From an uncultured candidate division Zixibacteria bacterium (GTDB lineage: Bacteria > Zixibacteria > MSB-5A5 > UBA10806): a stretch of 64,000 nt of DNA. Below the pieces are notes generated by a model. That model made no database searches and was not told where the DNA came from. It was given only the letters and a program-made list of their open reading frames with translations. Both the position numbers and the translations under genes were made by a program. Below are positions 10,806-20,450 of this stretch, one piece after another. Position 1 is the first letter of the stretch. Each line of letters opens with the position of its first letter. The stretch covers positions 448,001 to 512,000 of the forward strand of contig CAWFQL010000017.1 in NCBI GenBank assembly GCA_963817915.1, written 5' to 3'.

Positions 10806-10849
10806 GTAGGTCGGGTTCCGAGTCAGCTATGCTGACGAGAAACCCGACA
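10806..10849 (+). repeat. REP-like palindrome GTAGGTCGGGTT...AACCCGACA
   Basis: Related copies at 18318-18365 and 54475-54542. Confidence 0.75.
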
Positions 10850-10878
10850 AACTGCTAATTCTCCAAAATATATTAACC

Positions 10879-10907
10879 TTGACATAAATTTATACTACGC
10901 CTACAAT
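10879..10907 (+). promoter_or_regulatory. sigma70-type promoter for the four-gene membrane cassette (leaderless geometry)
   Basis: TTGACA-17 nt-TACAAT-8 nt-ATG; no SD. Confidence 0.7.
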
Positions 10908-10915
10908 CGATTTTA

Positions 10916-12046
10916 ATGAAGAAACTCTGGCTGATATCCTGTTTTTGTCTTCTTATATGCAATTCCATCATGGCATTCGATCTTCATATCTCCGATCAGC
11001 CCAACGATGATGGCTCCGCGCTGATAATAAAATGGGATAAACTTCCGCCCGCCGATTTGAAAGACAAAAATCCGCCAATCTACAATCTCGAACGAAGCCT
11101 TAGACCCGATTCAGGATTCTCATTTGCCTCATCAATATTAAGAGATGATTCTTCGCTGACAACAACTGACAAGGGCCTATCCAACAAGCTGAAATATTAT
11201 TATAGACTGTCTTATATTGATTCAACAATTTCCTGGCATTCGAACACAGCCGGGCCAGTCACTCCAAAGGAAAATTGGTATAATACCGACCGCTCTAACG
11301 TCCTTATAGGGATTATTATAACCGGGGCATTGGTGGCCTTTTTTATTGCGCTCGGCAAAAGAGGCAAGATGCTTTACCTGAGGCCAATCGCCGGACTCCT
11401 TGCGGTCGATGAGGCCATTGGCCGTGCTACTGAGATGGGCAAGCCGATTCTATATTCGTCCGGCCGCGGCGGTATGCAACGTCCCGCCTCTATTGCCAGC
11501 ATGAATATATTCGGCTCAGTCGCCGAGAAGGTCGCTACCTATGGGACACCTTTGATATTCCCCAACAACGACCCGGTAGTCATGGCAGTGGCGCAGGAAG
11601 TCGCCCGAGAGGGGTATACTCGAGCCGGTCATCCCGATGCCTACAATCCTGAAAATATCTATTTTGTCACTGATAGTCAGTTCGGTTATGCCGCCGCTGT
11701 AGATGGTATAATGATGCGTGAAAAACCTGCCACGAATCTTTTCTTCGGGACTTTCGAAGCCGAATCATTGATTCTCGCCGAAACCGGGAACTCCATTGGA
11801 GCTATCCAGATCGCCGGAACCGATTCATCTATTCAAATGGCGTTTTTTATGGTGGCGTGCGATTATGTTTTGATAGGGGAGGAGCTCTTTGCGGCGTCTG
11901 CATATCTTTCCGGCGATCCGCAGGTTGTTGGCTCTCTCAAAGGTTCCGATATATCGAAAATAATAATCATCGCATTGCTGATAATTGGTACGATTTTGGC
12001 ATTCATCGGGATTGCCTGGTTCGTGAATCTATTTATTACGGTTTAG
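10916..12046 (+). CDS. fibronectin type III + DUF6754-like membrane protein
   Basis: Signal peptide, Fn3-like segment (DQPNDDG..W..YYYRL), TM helix, conserved-looking domain RPIAGL..DEAIGRATEMG..IGEELFAASAYLS, C-terminal TM; family recognised from memory. Confidence 0.65.
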   Translation: MKKLWLISCFCLLICNSIMAFDLHISDQPNDDGSALIIKWDKLPPADLKDKNPPIYNLERSLRPDSGFSFASSILRDDSSLTTTDKGLSNKLKYYYRLSYIDSTISWHSNTAGPVTPKENWYNTDRSNVLIGIIITGALVAFFIALGKRGKMLYLRPIAGLLAVDEAIGRATEMGKPILYSSGRGGMQRPASIASMNIFGSVAEKVATYGTPLIFPNNDPVVMAVAQEVAREGYTRAGHPDAYNPENIYFVTDSQFGYAAAVDGIMMREKPATNLFFGTFEAESLILAETGNSIGAIQIAGTDSSIQMAFFMVACDYVLIGEELFAASAYLSGDPQVVGSLKGSDISKIIIIALLIIGTILAFIGIAWFVNLFITV

Positions 12047-12049
12047 AGA

Positions 12050-12667
12050 ATGAGAAGATCTGTTCCGATAATTGTTTGTCTTGGAGTCGGCCTCGCTATG
12101 CTGATCCAGTTTTTTATTCCCTCCAAGTTATCGCGCAATGTTTATAATGAAGTCACCGATTGGGCGCAGATAGTCTATGCATTTGCATTAATTGTAGGTG
12201 TTTTCGGCTTGATGAAATATCATTCGGGCAAGATTACCCGACGCGATAACGGTTGGATTTATAATCTTATCACGCTTCTGGCCTTGTTCATGATGGCCTT
12301 TCTCGGATTTGCCTTAGGCAGGAAAGACAATAGCCCATTTATGTGGATATTCAATTTTGTACAATCACCGATGCAGGCGTCAGTCTTTTCGCTTTTGGCA
12401 TTCTTTGTGGCATCGGCTGCGTATCGGGGATTCATGGCGCGCAATACCGAAGCTGTTTTATTGCTATTATCCGCCGTATTCATAATGTTTGGAATCGCTT
12501 CGGTTGGCAATTCGATACCTCCATTTTCAGATATCGCCAATTGGATTCTGATGAATCCCTCGATGACTGCTCGCCGCGGTATATATATAGGTATTGGATT
12601 AGGCACAATTGCCACCGCTCTCAGGGTTATCCTCGGTGTCGAACGGACCTATCTGGGGAAAGAATAA
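12050..12667 (+). CDS. uncharacterised polytopic membrane protein
   Basis: About 6 hydrophobic segments; SLLAFFVASAAYRGF; RGIYIGIGLG..LRVILGVER. Confidence 0.8.
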   Translation: MRRSVPIIVCLGVGLAMLIQFFIPSKLSRNVYNEVTDWAQIVYAFALIVGVFGLMKYHSGKITRRDNGWIYNLITLLALFMMAFLGFALGRKDNSPFMWIFNFVQSPMQASVFSLLAFFVASAAYRGFMARNTEAVLLLLSAVFIMFGIASVGNSIPPFSDIANWILMNPSMTARRGIYIGIGLGTIATALRVILGVERTYLGKE

Positions 12668-13492
12668 ATGAATTTCTGGGATAAAATTCGGCATTTGGAT
12701 CGACGAATCATTTTCATCCTTATGGCGTTGGGTGTTACTCTTCCGCTTCTTGTAAATATAGGCCTGCCGGTTCGCATCACCCCCGATGTTCAAAATATTT
12801 ATGATTATATTAATGGCTTAAAGCCGGGGGATGTTCTGATAATTTCATACGATCATGATACCGGAACACTTCCCGAGATGGTCCCTATGTCCACCGCTAT
12901 CTTGCGTCACGCCTTTTCCAAAAATTTGCGCCTAATAGGCATGGCTCTCAATGCCGAGGGTGCTGCAATCGGCAGACAGGCTTTCAGACGAGTCGGAGCC
13001 GAATTCAATAAGGAAGAGGGGATTGATTTCGCCTTTCTCGGTTACCGTCCGGAGATTACCGCCGCAGTTATGGGGATGGGAACTTCAATTCAACGAGTCT
13101 TCCCCAAGGATGATCGCGGTATTCCCGTGGATGAAATACCTCTAATGAAGACAGTCCACAACTACAATGATATCTCATTGGTTGTATCAGTCGCTGACGC
13201 CGATGCGCCCGTTTATTGGGTTAATTATGGCAATGCCCGTTTTCAGGTCAAGGTTGCCCCTGCTGTGACTGCGGTGATGGCCACTACTTTCTTTCCATTC
13301 ATTGATTCACATCAGGTGATAGGAATGATAGCCGGTCTCAAGGGCGCCGCTGAATATGAAAGATTGATTAAAAAGACGGAAGCCGCCAGCAGAGGCATGG
13401 ATGCTCAGTCGATTGCCCATCTTGTCGTAATAGGATTTATTCTTGTCGGCAATATAGCATTCTTCATGGGGCGAAAGCAGGGGAAGGGATAA
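12668..13492 (+). CDS. uncharacterised membrane-anchored protein (N- and C-terminal TM, central soluble domain)
   Basis: LDRRIIF N-terminal TM; GLKGAAEYE..GMDAQS before the C-terminal TM. Confidence 0.8.
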   Translation: MNFWDKIRHLDRRIIFILMALGVTLPLLVNIGLPVRITPDVQNIYDYINGLKPGDVLIISYDHDTGTLPEMVPMSTAILRHAFSKNLRLIGMALNAEGAAIGRQAFRRVGAEFNKEEGIDFAFLGYRPEITAAVMGMGTSIQRVFPKDDRGIPVDEIPLMKTVHNYNDISLVVSVADADAPVYWVNYGNARFQVKVAPAVTAVMATTFFPFIDSHQVIGMIAGLKGAAEYERLIKKTEAASRGMDAQSIAHLVVIGFILVGNIAFFMGRKQGKG

Positions 13493-13495
13493 GAA

Positions 13496-14194
13496 ATGGA
13501 TTTTCATTTCATATTCGATTACTTGATCGCCTCTGAAAGACTGGGAATCTGGATCGCGGCCTTAATGACGCTGGCGATCTATTCCTTCCTATATAAAGAC
13601 AACCCCATCTACCGATTTGCCGAAAGCATTTTAGTGGGAATATCGGTAGGATATCTTCTCGTCACGACATTCCAGACCACCATTATGCCCCAGGCTATGG
13701 ATCCGCTTGTCTTCAGTTTCAAAAATATATTCACGCCCGGAGAATCAGGTGGCATCGGGCTTTTCGTAATGGCCGCCCTGCCGATTATCCTCGGGCTTTT
13801 GATGTTCGCTCGATTTGTGCCCAAATTCACCTGGCTTTCCAGGGTTGCGCTTGCATTCTATATAGGCTTCGGCGCGGGCGCCTCGATTCCCGCCAATATG
13901 CAGTCCCAGATATTAAAGCAAATCGAGGCTACTATACGCCCATTCCTTGGCATTCACGGCTTTATGCCGATTCTAAATGCAATCTTAATCCTGGTTGGGC
14001 TGATTACGACACTATTCTATTTCTATTTTTCCAAAGCCCATACCGGCCTATTCGGCAAGGCCGCCAAATTGGGCACATTTTACCTGATGATATTCTTTGG
14101 TGCGACGTTCGGATATACCGTCATGGCCCGTATCTCGCTTCTCATTGGCAGAGTCACATTTCTGCTGAGAGATTGGTTGGGTCTGATTTCGTAG
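13496..14194 (+). CDS. uncharacterised polytopic membrane protein
   Basis: About 6 hydrophobic segments; SFLYKDNPIYRFAE; FGATFGYTVMARISLLIGR. Confidence 0.8.
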   Translation: MDFHFIFDYLIASERLGIWIAALMTLAIYSFLYKDNPIYRFAESILVGISVGYLLVTTFQTTIMPQAMDPLVFSFKNIFTPGESGGIGLFVMAALPIILGLLMFARFVPKFTWLSRVALAFYIGFGAGASIPANMQSQILKQIEATIRPFLGIHGFMPILNAILILVGLITTLFYFYFSKAHTGLFGKAAKLGTFYLMIFFGATFGYTVMARISLLIGRVTFLLRDWLGLIS

Positions 14195-14242
14195 ATTTCT
14201 ATTAATCTATTTTATGATAGAAAGACAAAATATAATAGGAGG

Positions 14243-16004
14243 TTGGTCGTGAAATTAGGATTTTTGACCATTATTCTTTTGGTCTTAACTATAGCATGTG
14301 AAAAGGTTGAAATGAACGCATGGGATCAAGTTAAGTTGCCCGGAAGCTATTCTGATTCTCACATATTATCGATCGACATCAAAGATAAGGAAATTTTATT
14401 GGGCACATATGGTCGAGGGGCATTATTCACCACGGATAATGGCCAAAACTGGGTATCTTATGACACAACCAAAGGTCTATCGTGGGATTTCATAATGGGT
14501 GGGGCATGGGACAAGAACTACTTCATTCTGGCTACCCTCGGAGATGGTGTCAATATTTCCGAAGATAAGGGCAAAACCTGGAAACGATACGGCTTCGATT
14601 TCTTCAAGCTCGAATATCTCTACACAGTCGGCGTAAAAATCCAAAATGGCAAAAGATATGTCCCCACTGCCGACGGCCTCGTCGTATTTGATAATATCCA
14701 AAACTGGCAAGGCTTGACCGAAAAAAATGGTTTGCCGTCTCAGTATATTTATAAAATGAAAATATCCGGCGATACTATCGCCATCGGTACGCTTCATGGC
14801 TTTTCTATCTCCACCGATTTAGGCGCGAATTGGAAAAATTCCTCTCCAAATGGCAAATACACAGCCGAAAAATCCTCCGCCTGCAAGGTGCGGGCGGTGG
14901 AATTTGCCGGCAATAATATCTATGCCGGATGCGATGACGGCCTCTATTATTCTCCGGATTTTGGCTCGACCTGGCAGCAAATCGGCCAGAATAATCTGAA
15001 AAGCAATTTTATTCATGATCTTGTCTGGGATCAGGATGGCAATCTTATGGATTGCGACATACAAAGAAATCACCAAATATAACCCAGCTAATTCGCAATG
15101 GCAGATATTCGATGAAAAAAGTGGCCTTCCCGGCGGAAGCATCAATTGTCTGGCATTGGGCAGAAAAGGTGTCGTTTACGCCGGTACCAATTACGGTCTT
15201 TATAAGCTCAACCACGGCCCTGCGATCGAACCGAAATCCGAGCCTGTCGATGCCGAATTCACCGAGACAGAGACTCCAATTCACCAATGGCTCCTGCGCC
15301 CTGTTGCCCCCGAAGAACAGAATTGCAAAGACCAAACCTACCTTTACGGTTCAACCATGGGCGGCAATTTCCGCCAGCATCAGGGAAATGAATACAATAA
15401 TCCAGAGGGAGTACCGCTACTCGCGGTTGATGATGGCGAGATAATCTATACCGAACCACCAATCGGCTTTACGATTCTTAAATGCAATACGAAAATGGAA
15501 GGCAAAGATATCTACGCCCACTACCATCATCAATTTGAAATCCTTAAAAAAGTCGGAGATAAAGTCAAAAGGGGAGATATAATCGGCTCAGTCGGCAAGA
15601 AGGGCAATGTAACCAATGAGCACCTTCATTTCGAAATCGGCATGTCTGCCAACGATTCCCAGAAGGAAGTCCCGACTCAAACCCGCAATTCCGAGCTTTG
15701 GGTCGCGCCGTTGGCGGGATGCGGCACGATTGTCGGCAATCTTGTTGATAAGGATGGCAATCCGGTTCAGGGCGCTCGCATTTACGGAGTCACCAAACCG
15801 GTGCCCTCAGAGACTCCTTTCTCGTTCGCTGAGACTTACAAAGATAAAGCCCATCCCGATAATTGGTACAATGAAAACTTCGCCATTGGCGATGTTCCCG
15901 AAGGCGATTACGTGTTGTATTGTCATAATGGCGACTTGAAATCGCGGATCAAGGTCCATGTCGATGCCGGCAAATTCACGAAAGTGAAAATGATCTTGAA
16001 ATGA
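14243..16004 (+). CDS. lipoprotein: beta-propeller repeats + M23 peptidase + carboxypeptidase-regulatory-like domain (apparent +1 frameshift at about 15046)
   Basis: Lipobox TIAC; S-x-D-x-G-x-x-W (BNR-like) and GLPS repeats; GNL|WIAT junction; HQGNEY..VGDKVKRGDIIG..HLHFEI; GNLVDKDGNPVQGA. Confidence 0.78.
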
Positions 16005-16065
16005 TTTGGAACCGTATTTGACCATTACCTGTTAATCATGGACAGAAAGTGTCTTCATTTATTAG

Positions 16066-16200
16066 ATGTTTTGCCGAAAATGTAAAAAGAAGATGGAAGA
16101 AGAGAAGCGAAGCTTCCATAAAAGACGAAAATGGATTTGCCCGAAATGCGGTTCTGTAAGATTCCAACAGGCTAAGATCGATGTTGGCAAACGCAGGTAA
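16066..16200 (+). CDS. 44-aa basic zinc-ribbon protein (not in the ORF track)
   Basis: Translates MFCRKCKKKMEEEKRSFHKRRKWICPKCGSVRFQQAKIDVGKRR; two CxxC pairs; stop overlaps the DUF72 start. Confidence 0.7.
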   Translation: MFCRKCKKKMEEEKRSFHKRRKWICPKCGSVRFQQAKIDVGKRR

Positions 16201-16975
16201 AATCATAGTGGGAACATCCGGTTATTCATTCGATGATTGGGCTGGCGTCTTTTATCCGCCAGATCTTCCAAAGGGGAAACGTCTTGATTTCTATAAAGAG
16301 CATTTCAATGTCACCGAAATCAATTCGACCTATTATCGCATTCCACATCCGGCGGTATTCTATAATATCGCGAAAAAAGTTGGTGATAATTTCGAATTCA
16401 TGATCAAGACTCATCGCAGCTTCACTCATGACCGAAGGGATCTCAAAAAGCAATGCCAGCTTTTTAATGATTCCATCAGACCGATGACAGATTCGGGCAA
16501 ATTAAAGGGACTCATGGCTCAATTCCCATTCAGCATAAAATTTACAAAGGCCAATCTTGATTACATTATCAATGGCAAGGATTTTTTCCCCGGCCATAAT
16601 CTTTTCGTCGAATTTCGCCACGATAGCTGGGATATCCCCGAAGTCTATGATTCATTGGCGAAAAATGACATCGGGGTTTGTTCGGTCGATGAGCCACAGC
16701 TGCCCGGCCTTTTTCCTCCGAAACCGATTGCGACCACAAATATCGGCTATGTCCGGCTTCATGGACGTAATTCTGCCAACTGGTGGGGCGGCGAAGGCGA
16801 TCGATATGACTACATGTATTCGGAAAATGAATTAAAAGAGTGGAAAGATAAAATTGATCTCTTGAAAAAAAATACGGATAAGTTATATTTGTTCTTTAAC
16901 AACTGCCATTTGGGGCAGGCTGTTAGAAATGCTAAAATGTTTTTGGACATGATTCAAACGGAAATGACGCAATGA
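16181..16975 (+). CDS. DUF72 family protein (YecE/YunF-like)
   Basis: VGTSGYS..W..FYP, EINSTYY, QFP, EFRH, YVRLHGR, YDYMYS, FNN. Confidence 0.9.
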   Translation: MLANAGKIIVGTSGYSFDDWAGVFYPPDLPKGKRLDFYKEHFNVTEINSTYYRIPHPAVFYNIAKKVGDNFEFMIKTHRSFTHDRRDLKKQCQLFNDSIRPMTDSGKLKGLMAQFPFSIKFTKANLDYIINGKDFFPGHNLFVEFRHDSWDIPEVYDSLAKNDIGVCSVDEPQLPGLFPPKPIATTNIGYVRLHGRNSANWWGGEGDRYDYMYSENELKEWKDKIDLLKKNTDKLYLFFNNCHLGQAVRNAKMFLDMIQTEMTQ

Positions 16976-17862
16976 AAAAATTCTGGAAAAAAATACTGTT
17001 CTATGTGTTGGCCATCTGGACTGTCACCGCGGTTTATACTGCGATAGCCAATAATCGCCGCTCTGAAAGCATTCGCTTTCAAGAGAAACCGGCGACCTTC
17101 CAACTGCTTCTTGATAGCGTCAATCCATCCAAACTTCCCAAAATAAGCGCCAAATCGGCAATATTAGTTGATCTCGATAGCGGCAATGTTCTTATGAAAA
17201 AAGATGAACTGGAAACAAGACCGATAGCCAGCCTTACCAAGCTCGCGACTGCGCTTGTTTTCCTTAATACCGCTCCCGATTTTCTTAAAGTCGAAACTGT
17301 AACTCAGGAAGATCGCGAAGGCGCTGGAAGGTCTCGTTTGTATAAAGGCGAAAAAGTTACTGTTTATGATCTTTTCCACTTGATGCTGATATGCTCTGAC
17401 AATGTCGCCGCGCGTGTCGTCGCCAGATCGACCGGCATGACCACCGAGCAATTCGTCGCCAAAATGAATGAGCTTGCGTCAAGCCTGAATCTTGCCAATA
17501 CCCATTTTGCCGATCCCACCGGCCTCGATCCCAATAATGTTTCCACAGCCGCAGAACTTGCTATCATCTTTAAATCCGCTCTCGAACAAAATTTCATTGC
17601 TGAGGCTATCTCGAAAAAGAATTTCTCATATAGGGCTGTCAACGGCGAACGGCTCTTCACAATATATAATACCAATCGCCTGCTCTTCGGACGAAATGAA
17701 ATCATCGGCGGCAAAACCGGATACATCAAAGAATCCGGCTACTGCCTGGCTCTCGGTATTGAGGATGTCGATGGCAGAAAATTAGCCGCAGTCCTCCTCG
17801 GTGCCCCTACCAGCGGATATCGTTTCCGCGACGCCGCCAAACTCATGGCCTCAGTAGAGTAA
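16972..17862 (+). CDS. S11 family D-Ala-D-Ala peptidase (PBP5/PBP7-like)
   Basis: PIASLTK (SxxK), SDN, GGKTG; FADPTGL; N-terminal anchor. Confidence 0.88.
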   Translation: MKKFWKKILFYVLAIWTVTAVYTAIANNRRSESIRFQEKPATFQLLLDSVNPSKLPKISAKSAILVDLDSGNVLMKKDELETRPIASLTKLATALVFLNTAPDFLKVETVTQEDREGAGRSRLYKGEKVTVYDLFHLMLICSDNVAARVVARSTGMTTEQFVAKMNELASSLNLANTHFADPTGLDPNNVSTAAELAIIFKSALEQNFIAEAISKKNFSYRAVNGERLFTIYNTNRLLFGRNEIIGGKTGYIKESGYCLALGIEDVDGRKLAAVLLGAPTSGYRFRDAAKLMASVE

Positions 17863-17888
17863 TATAAGATAAATAATTTTGAATACAT

Positions 17889-18365
17889 GTGGCGTCGGGT
17901 CTCCGCACCCGACGCTTGTTCAGCGCGGCAGAAATCCCGCCTGTCCCGTCATGCCTGTCATTCCGGCCCCCGAGCCGGAATCCATCTTGCTCCTGCGTGT
18001 CAGGGCTCGCCCTGACCGCATCAAGAGTGTCGTCAGGTCGCCTGACCTGACGACTTAATCTCAATCAGATTAAGTCATGAATTCTCATTTTTCATCTTGT
18101 CTCTTAATCCTCGCTCCGACGCGAAGTAATGACGCACCTGTAGGTATTTGATTTATCAAACCCGCCAGCAATTAGAACGAATGCCGCCGTAAGGGTTCAA
18201 AATTTTGAACCATCACCTGAATCATTATTGATAGAATCTTTTGTAGGGGCGAACCCAAGTGTTCGCCCTCCTCTTTTGGGCCGACACGCGGGTCGGCCCC
18301 TACAATGTAAACCCGCAGTAGGTCGGCGTTCCGAGTCCGGCCACTGCCGGACGAGAAACCCGACA
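17889..18365. repeat. field of REP-like palindromes of several families
   Basis: About ten hairpins, including the convergent pair GTAGGGGCGAAC..GTTCGCCCT (18243-18269) and GGGCCGAC..GTCGGCCCCTAC (18278-18303), and TGTCATTCCGG..CCGGAATCC (17956-17983). Confidence 0.75.
18023..18117 (+). repeat. 95-bp direct repeat, copy 1
   Basis: 91/95 identical to 20451-20545; contains two perfect stems (11 bp and 10 bp). Confidence 0.92.
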
Positions 18366-18445
18366 TCTTGCCGGATGGGTGAAATAAACGATACCATTTC
18401 CCCAAAAATCTGTTATACTAAAGCAAGTAGTTTCGAGTAAAGACA

Positions 18446-20286
18446 ATGGGGTGCAGAATGACCAGACCGTGGTTTTTGGCAGCAATAACTATAGCATCAA
18501 TCAGCACCGCAACATTCGCCCAGGACGATTGGCATTTCGTTGACGAAACCAGTACTCGGCTCCCCGATACAATGGCGGTCGGCATCGGGTTGGATGGCGG
18601 CGATGTAAATGGCGATGGCGCCCTTGATATATTAGTTGGGTGTATTGAAGGAGTATGGCCTCAAGGGCCGGGATTTGAGCAACTTTACTTCAATGACCGT
18701 AATGGATATTTCAGCCTGGGCGATTCCTCAATGTTTCCTCAAATTGATGACGGAACCAACAGTGTTCTACTTTTCGATTGCGACAATAATGGAACTTTGG
18801 ATGCCTATGTGATTAATGCAGGTCGCGATACGGACTATCTTGCCATAAATGATGGCGCAGGCAGGTTTACGATAGACTGGAGCAGAATTCCTCCTGACTC
18901 CTCCACTGGGTTGGGCGCCGATTATGGCGATATCAATGGTGATGGAAACATTGATATCTGTATGCTGGGTAATGCAGTTACTAATGGCTATCATCATAAG
19001 GTTTGGGTAAATGATGGGACTGGTCATTTTACTAATCAGTTAAATCGTTTACCAACACTAAACGAAGCTTATCTTACTGTTAGATTTGCTGATATCGATG
19101 GGGATTTAGACCTGGATTTGCTTGTTATGGATTATGGTAATATCTTTCAGCCACGGATTTTGATTAATGACGGTAATGGATATTTTACCGATGAAACCGC
19201 AGAAAGACTACCTCCGGTCGAACGGAGTTATACTGGCGAATTTGTCGACATAGACGGGGATGGTGATTTTGATATAGTCCTTAGTTATATTGAAAGATGC
19301 GGATTTCTGATTAATGACGGCACTGGGCATTTTGTCGATGAAACGGAGCTTCGGGGACCATTATTTTCGGACCCATCGCATCCAACTTCGATAAGATCGT
19401 TTGATGCCGATAACGACGGACAGGAAGATATAGTTTTGGGCACCTATTTCTACGGAAGGCCAGATTTGATCTTTATGAATAGCGGCGGCGGTTTCTATGG
19501 GGATCAAACCGCTCTGAGATGGCCGAATCAGGCTCAAAGCACGCAGAGAGTCTTTTTAGGGGATTTTGATGGAGACGGAGTTTGTGATATTTTCAGGGTG
19601 GGTGACGGTTATTGCAGAAATAGCATATTTATAAATACTCTCGAAATGCCTGATTGGATTGCACCAGCCATAAAGAATGTTTCGATAATTCCAAATATCA
19701 ATCCGAATCCAGGTCCATATGCTGTTAAATTGGTGGCCAAAGATGGTGTTTCCATAGAATACCAATTAGCGGTTTCCGTTTATTATTCGATAGACGGTTT
19801 TAATTATCTGGAAAGCCATATGCATTATGTTGGCGGATATATGTTTTACGGAAATATCCCTGCTGTGGACAGTGGCTCTACTGTAAGATATTACTACACA
19901 GCAGCGGATAAGGACGGGAATATAAGGCGATTCCCGTCAAATGCGCCCGATTCAGTTTTATCGTTTGTTTATTTACCGGATTATACTGGGATTTCTGAGA
20001 ATGGTGATGGAATAAATCCCGGAAGGATTGGAATAAGAGCATTTCCCAATCCATTTAATTCCTCAACGATAATAACAATATTCAGGCATGGAAGGAGGTG
20101 AGTATCGAGATATACAATATCAACGGCCAATTAATCAGATCATTGGGGACCGAACAAAATTTGGAGGGACAAATAAAATGGGACGCCCAGGATGCTATGG
20201 GAAATAAAGTCACGTCAGGCATCTATTTCGCCAGAGCAAGAACTGCTGCAAGCTCGACGGCAATCAAACTAATTTATCTAAAATAA
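18446..20286 (+). CDS. secreted FG-GAP/VCBS-repeat protein with FlgD-Ig/T9SS-type C-terminal domain (apparent +1 insertions at about 20078 and 20103)
   Basis: Signal peptide; repeated D-x-D/N-G-D-G-x-x-D and NDG-x-G-x-F motifs; AFPNPFNSST; removing two bases gives TYSGMEGGEIEIYNINGQLIRSL..SGIYF..KLIYLK. Confidence 0.8.
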
Positions 20287-20311
20287 TCATATTATAAGAA
20301 AATATATATTT

Positions 20312-20409
20312 TGCGTGTCAAAGCTTGCTTTGACCGCAAGATGCTTTTGCGATCGCAGTAAACTGCGACACGCAATTATCGATGTAGGGGCGGGTTTCAA
20401 ACCCGCCCT
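20312..20409. repeat. REP-like palindromes (TGCGTGTC family pair plus GTAGGGGCGGG..CCCGCCCT)
   Basis: 20312-20338 (+) and 20348-20374 (-) match 17994-18020 with compensatory stem changes; 20384-20409 is a GTAG hairpin. Confidence 0.75.
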
Positions 20410-20450
20410 CTTTGTATTCTACCTGCCATTCCTGCCCCCGAGCCCGAATT

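Noticed and set aside
17889..18365. Possible CRISPR array in the repeat-rich intergenic regions (also 54273-54775)
   Set aside because: Repeats are heterogeneous palindromes without constant repeat-spacer periodicity, and no cas genes are present
17843..18485. Short ORFs 17843..18064, 18172..18405, 18197..18397, 18228..18440 and 18300..18485
   Set aside because: They run through GC-rich palindromic repeats and show no protein motifs
18118..20450. Prophage or IS element at the tRNA cluster
   Set aside because: No integrase, transposase or phage gene, and no duplicated tRNA 3' end (att site) was seen
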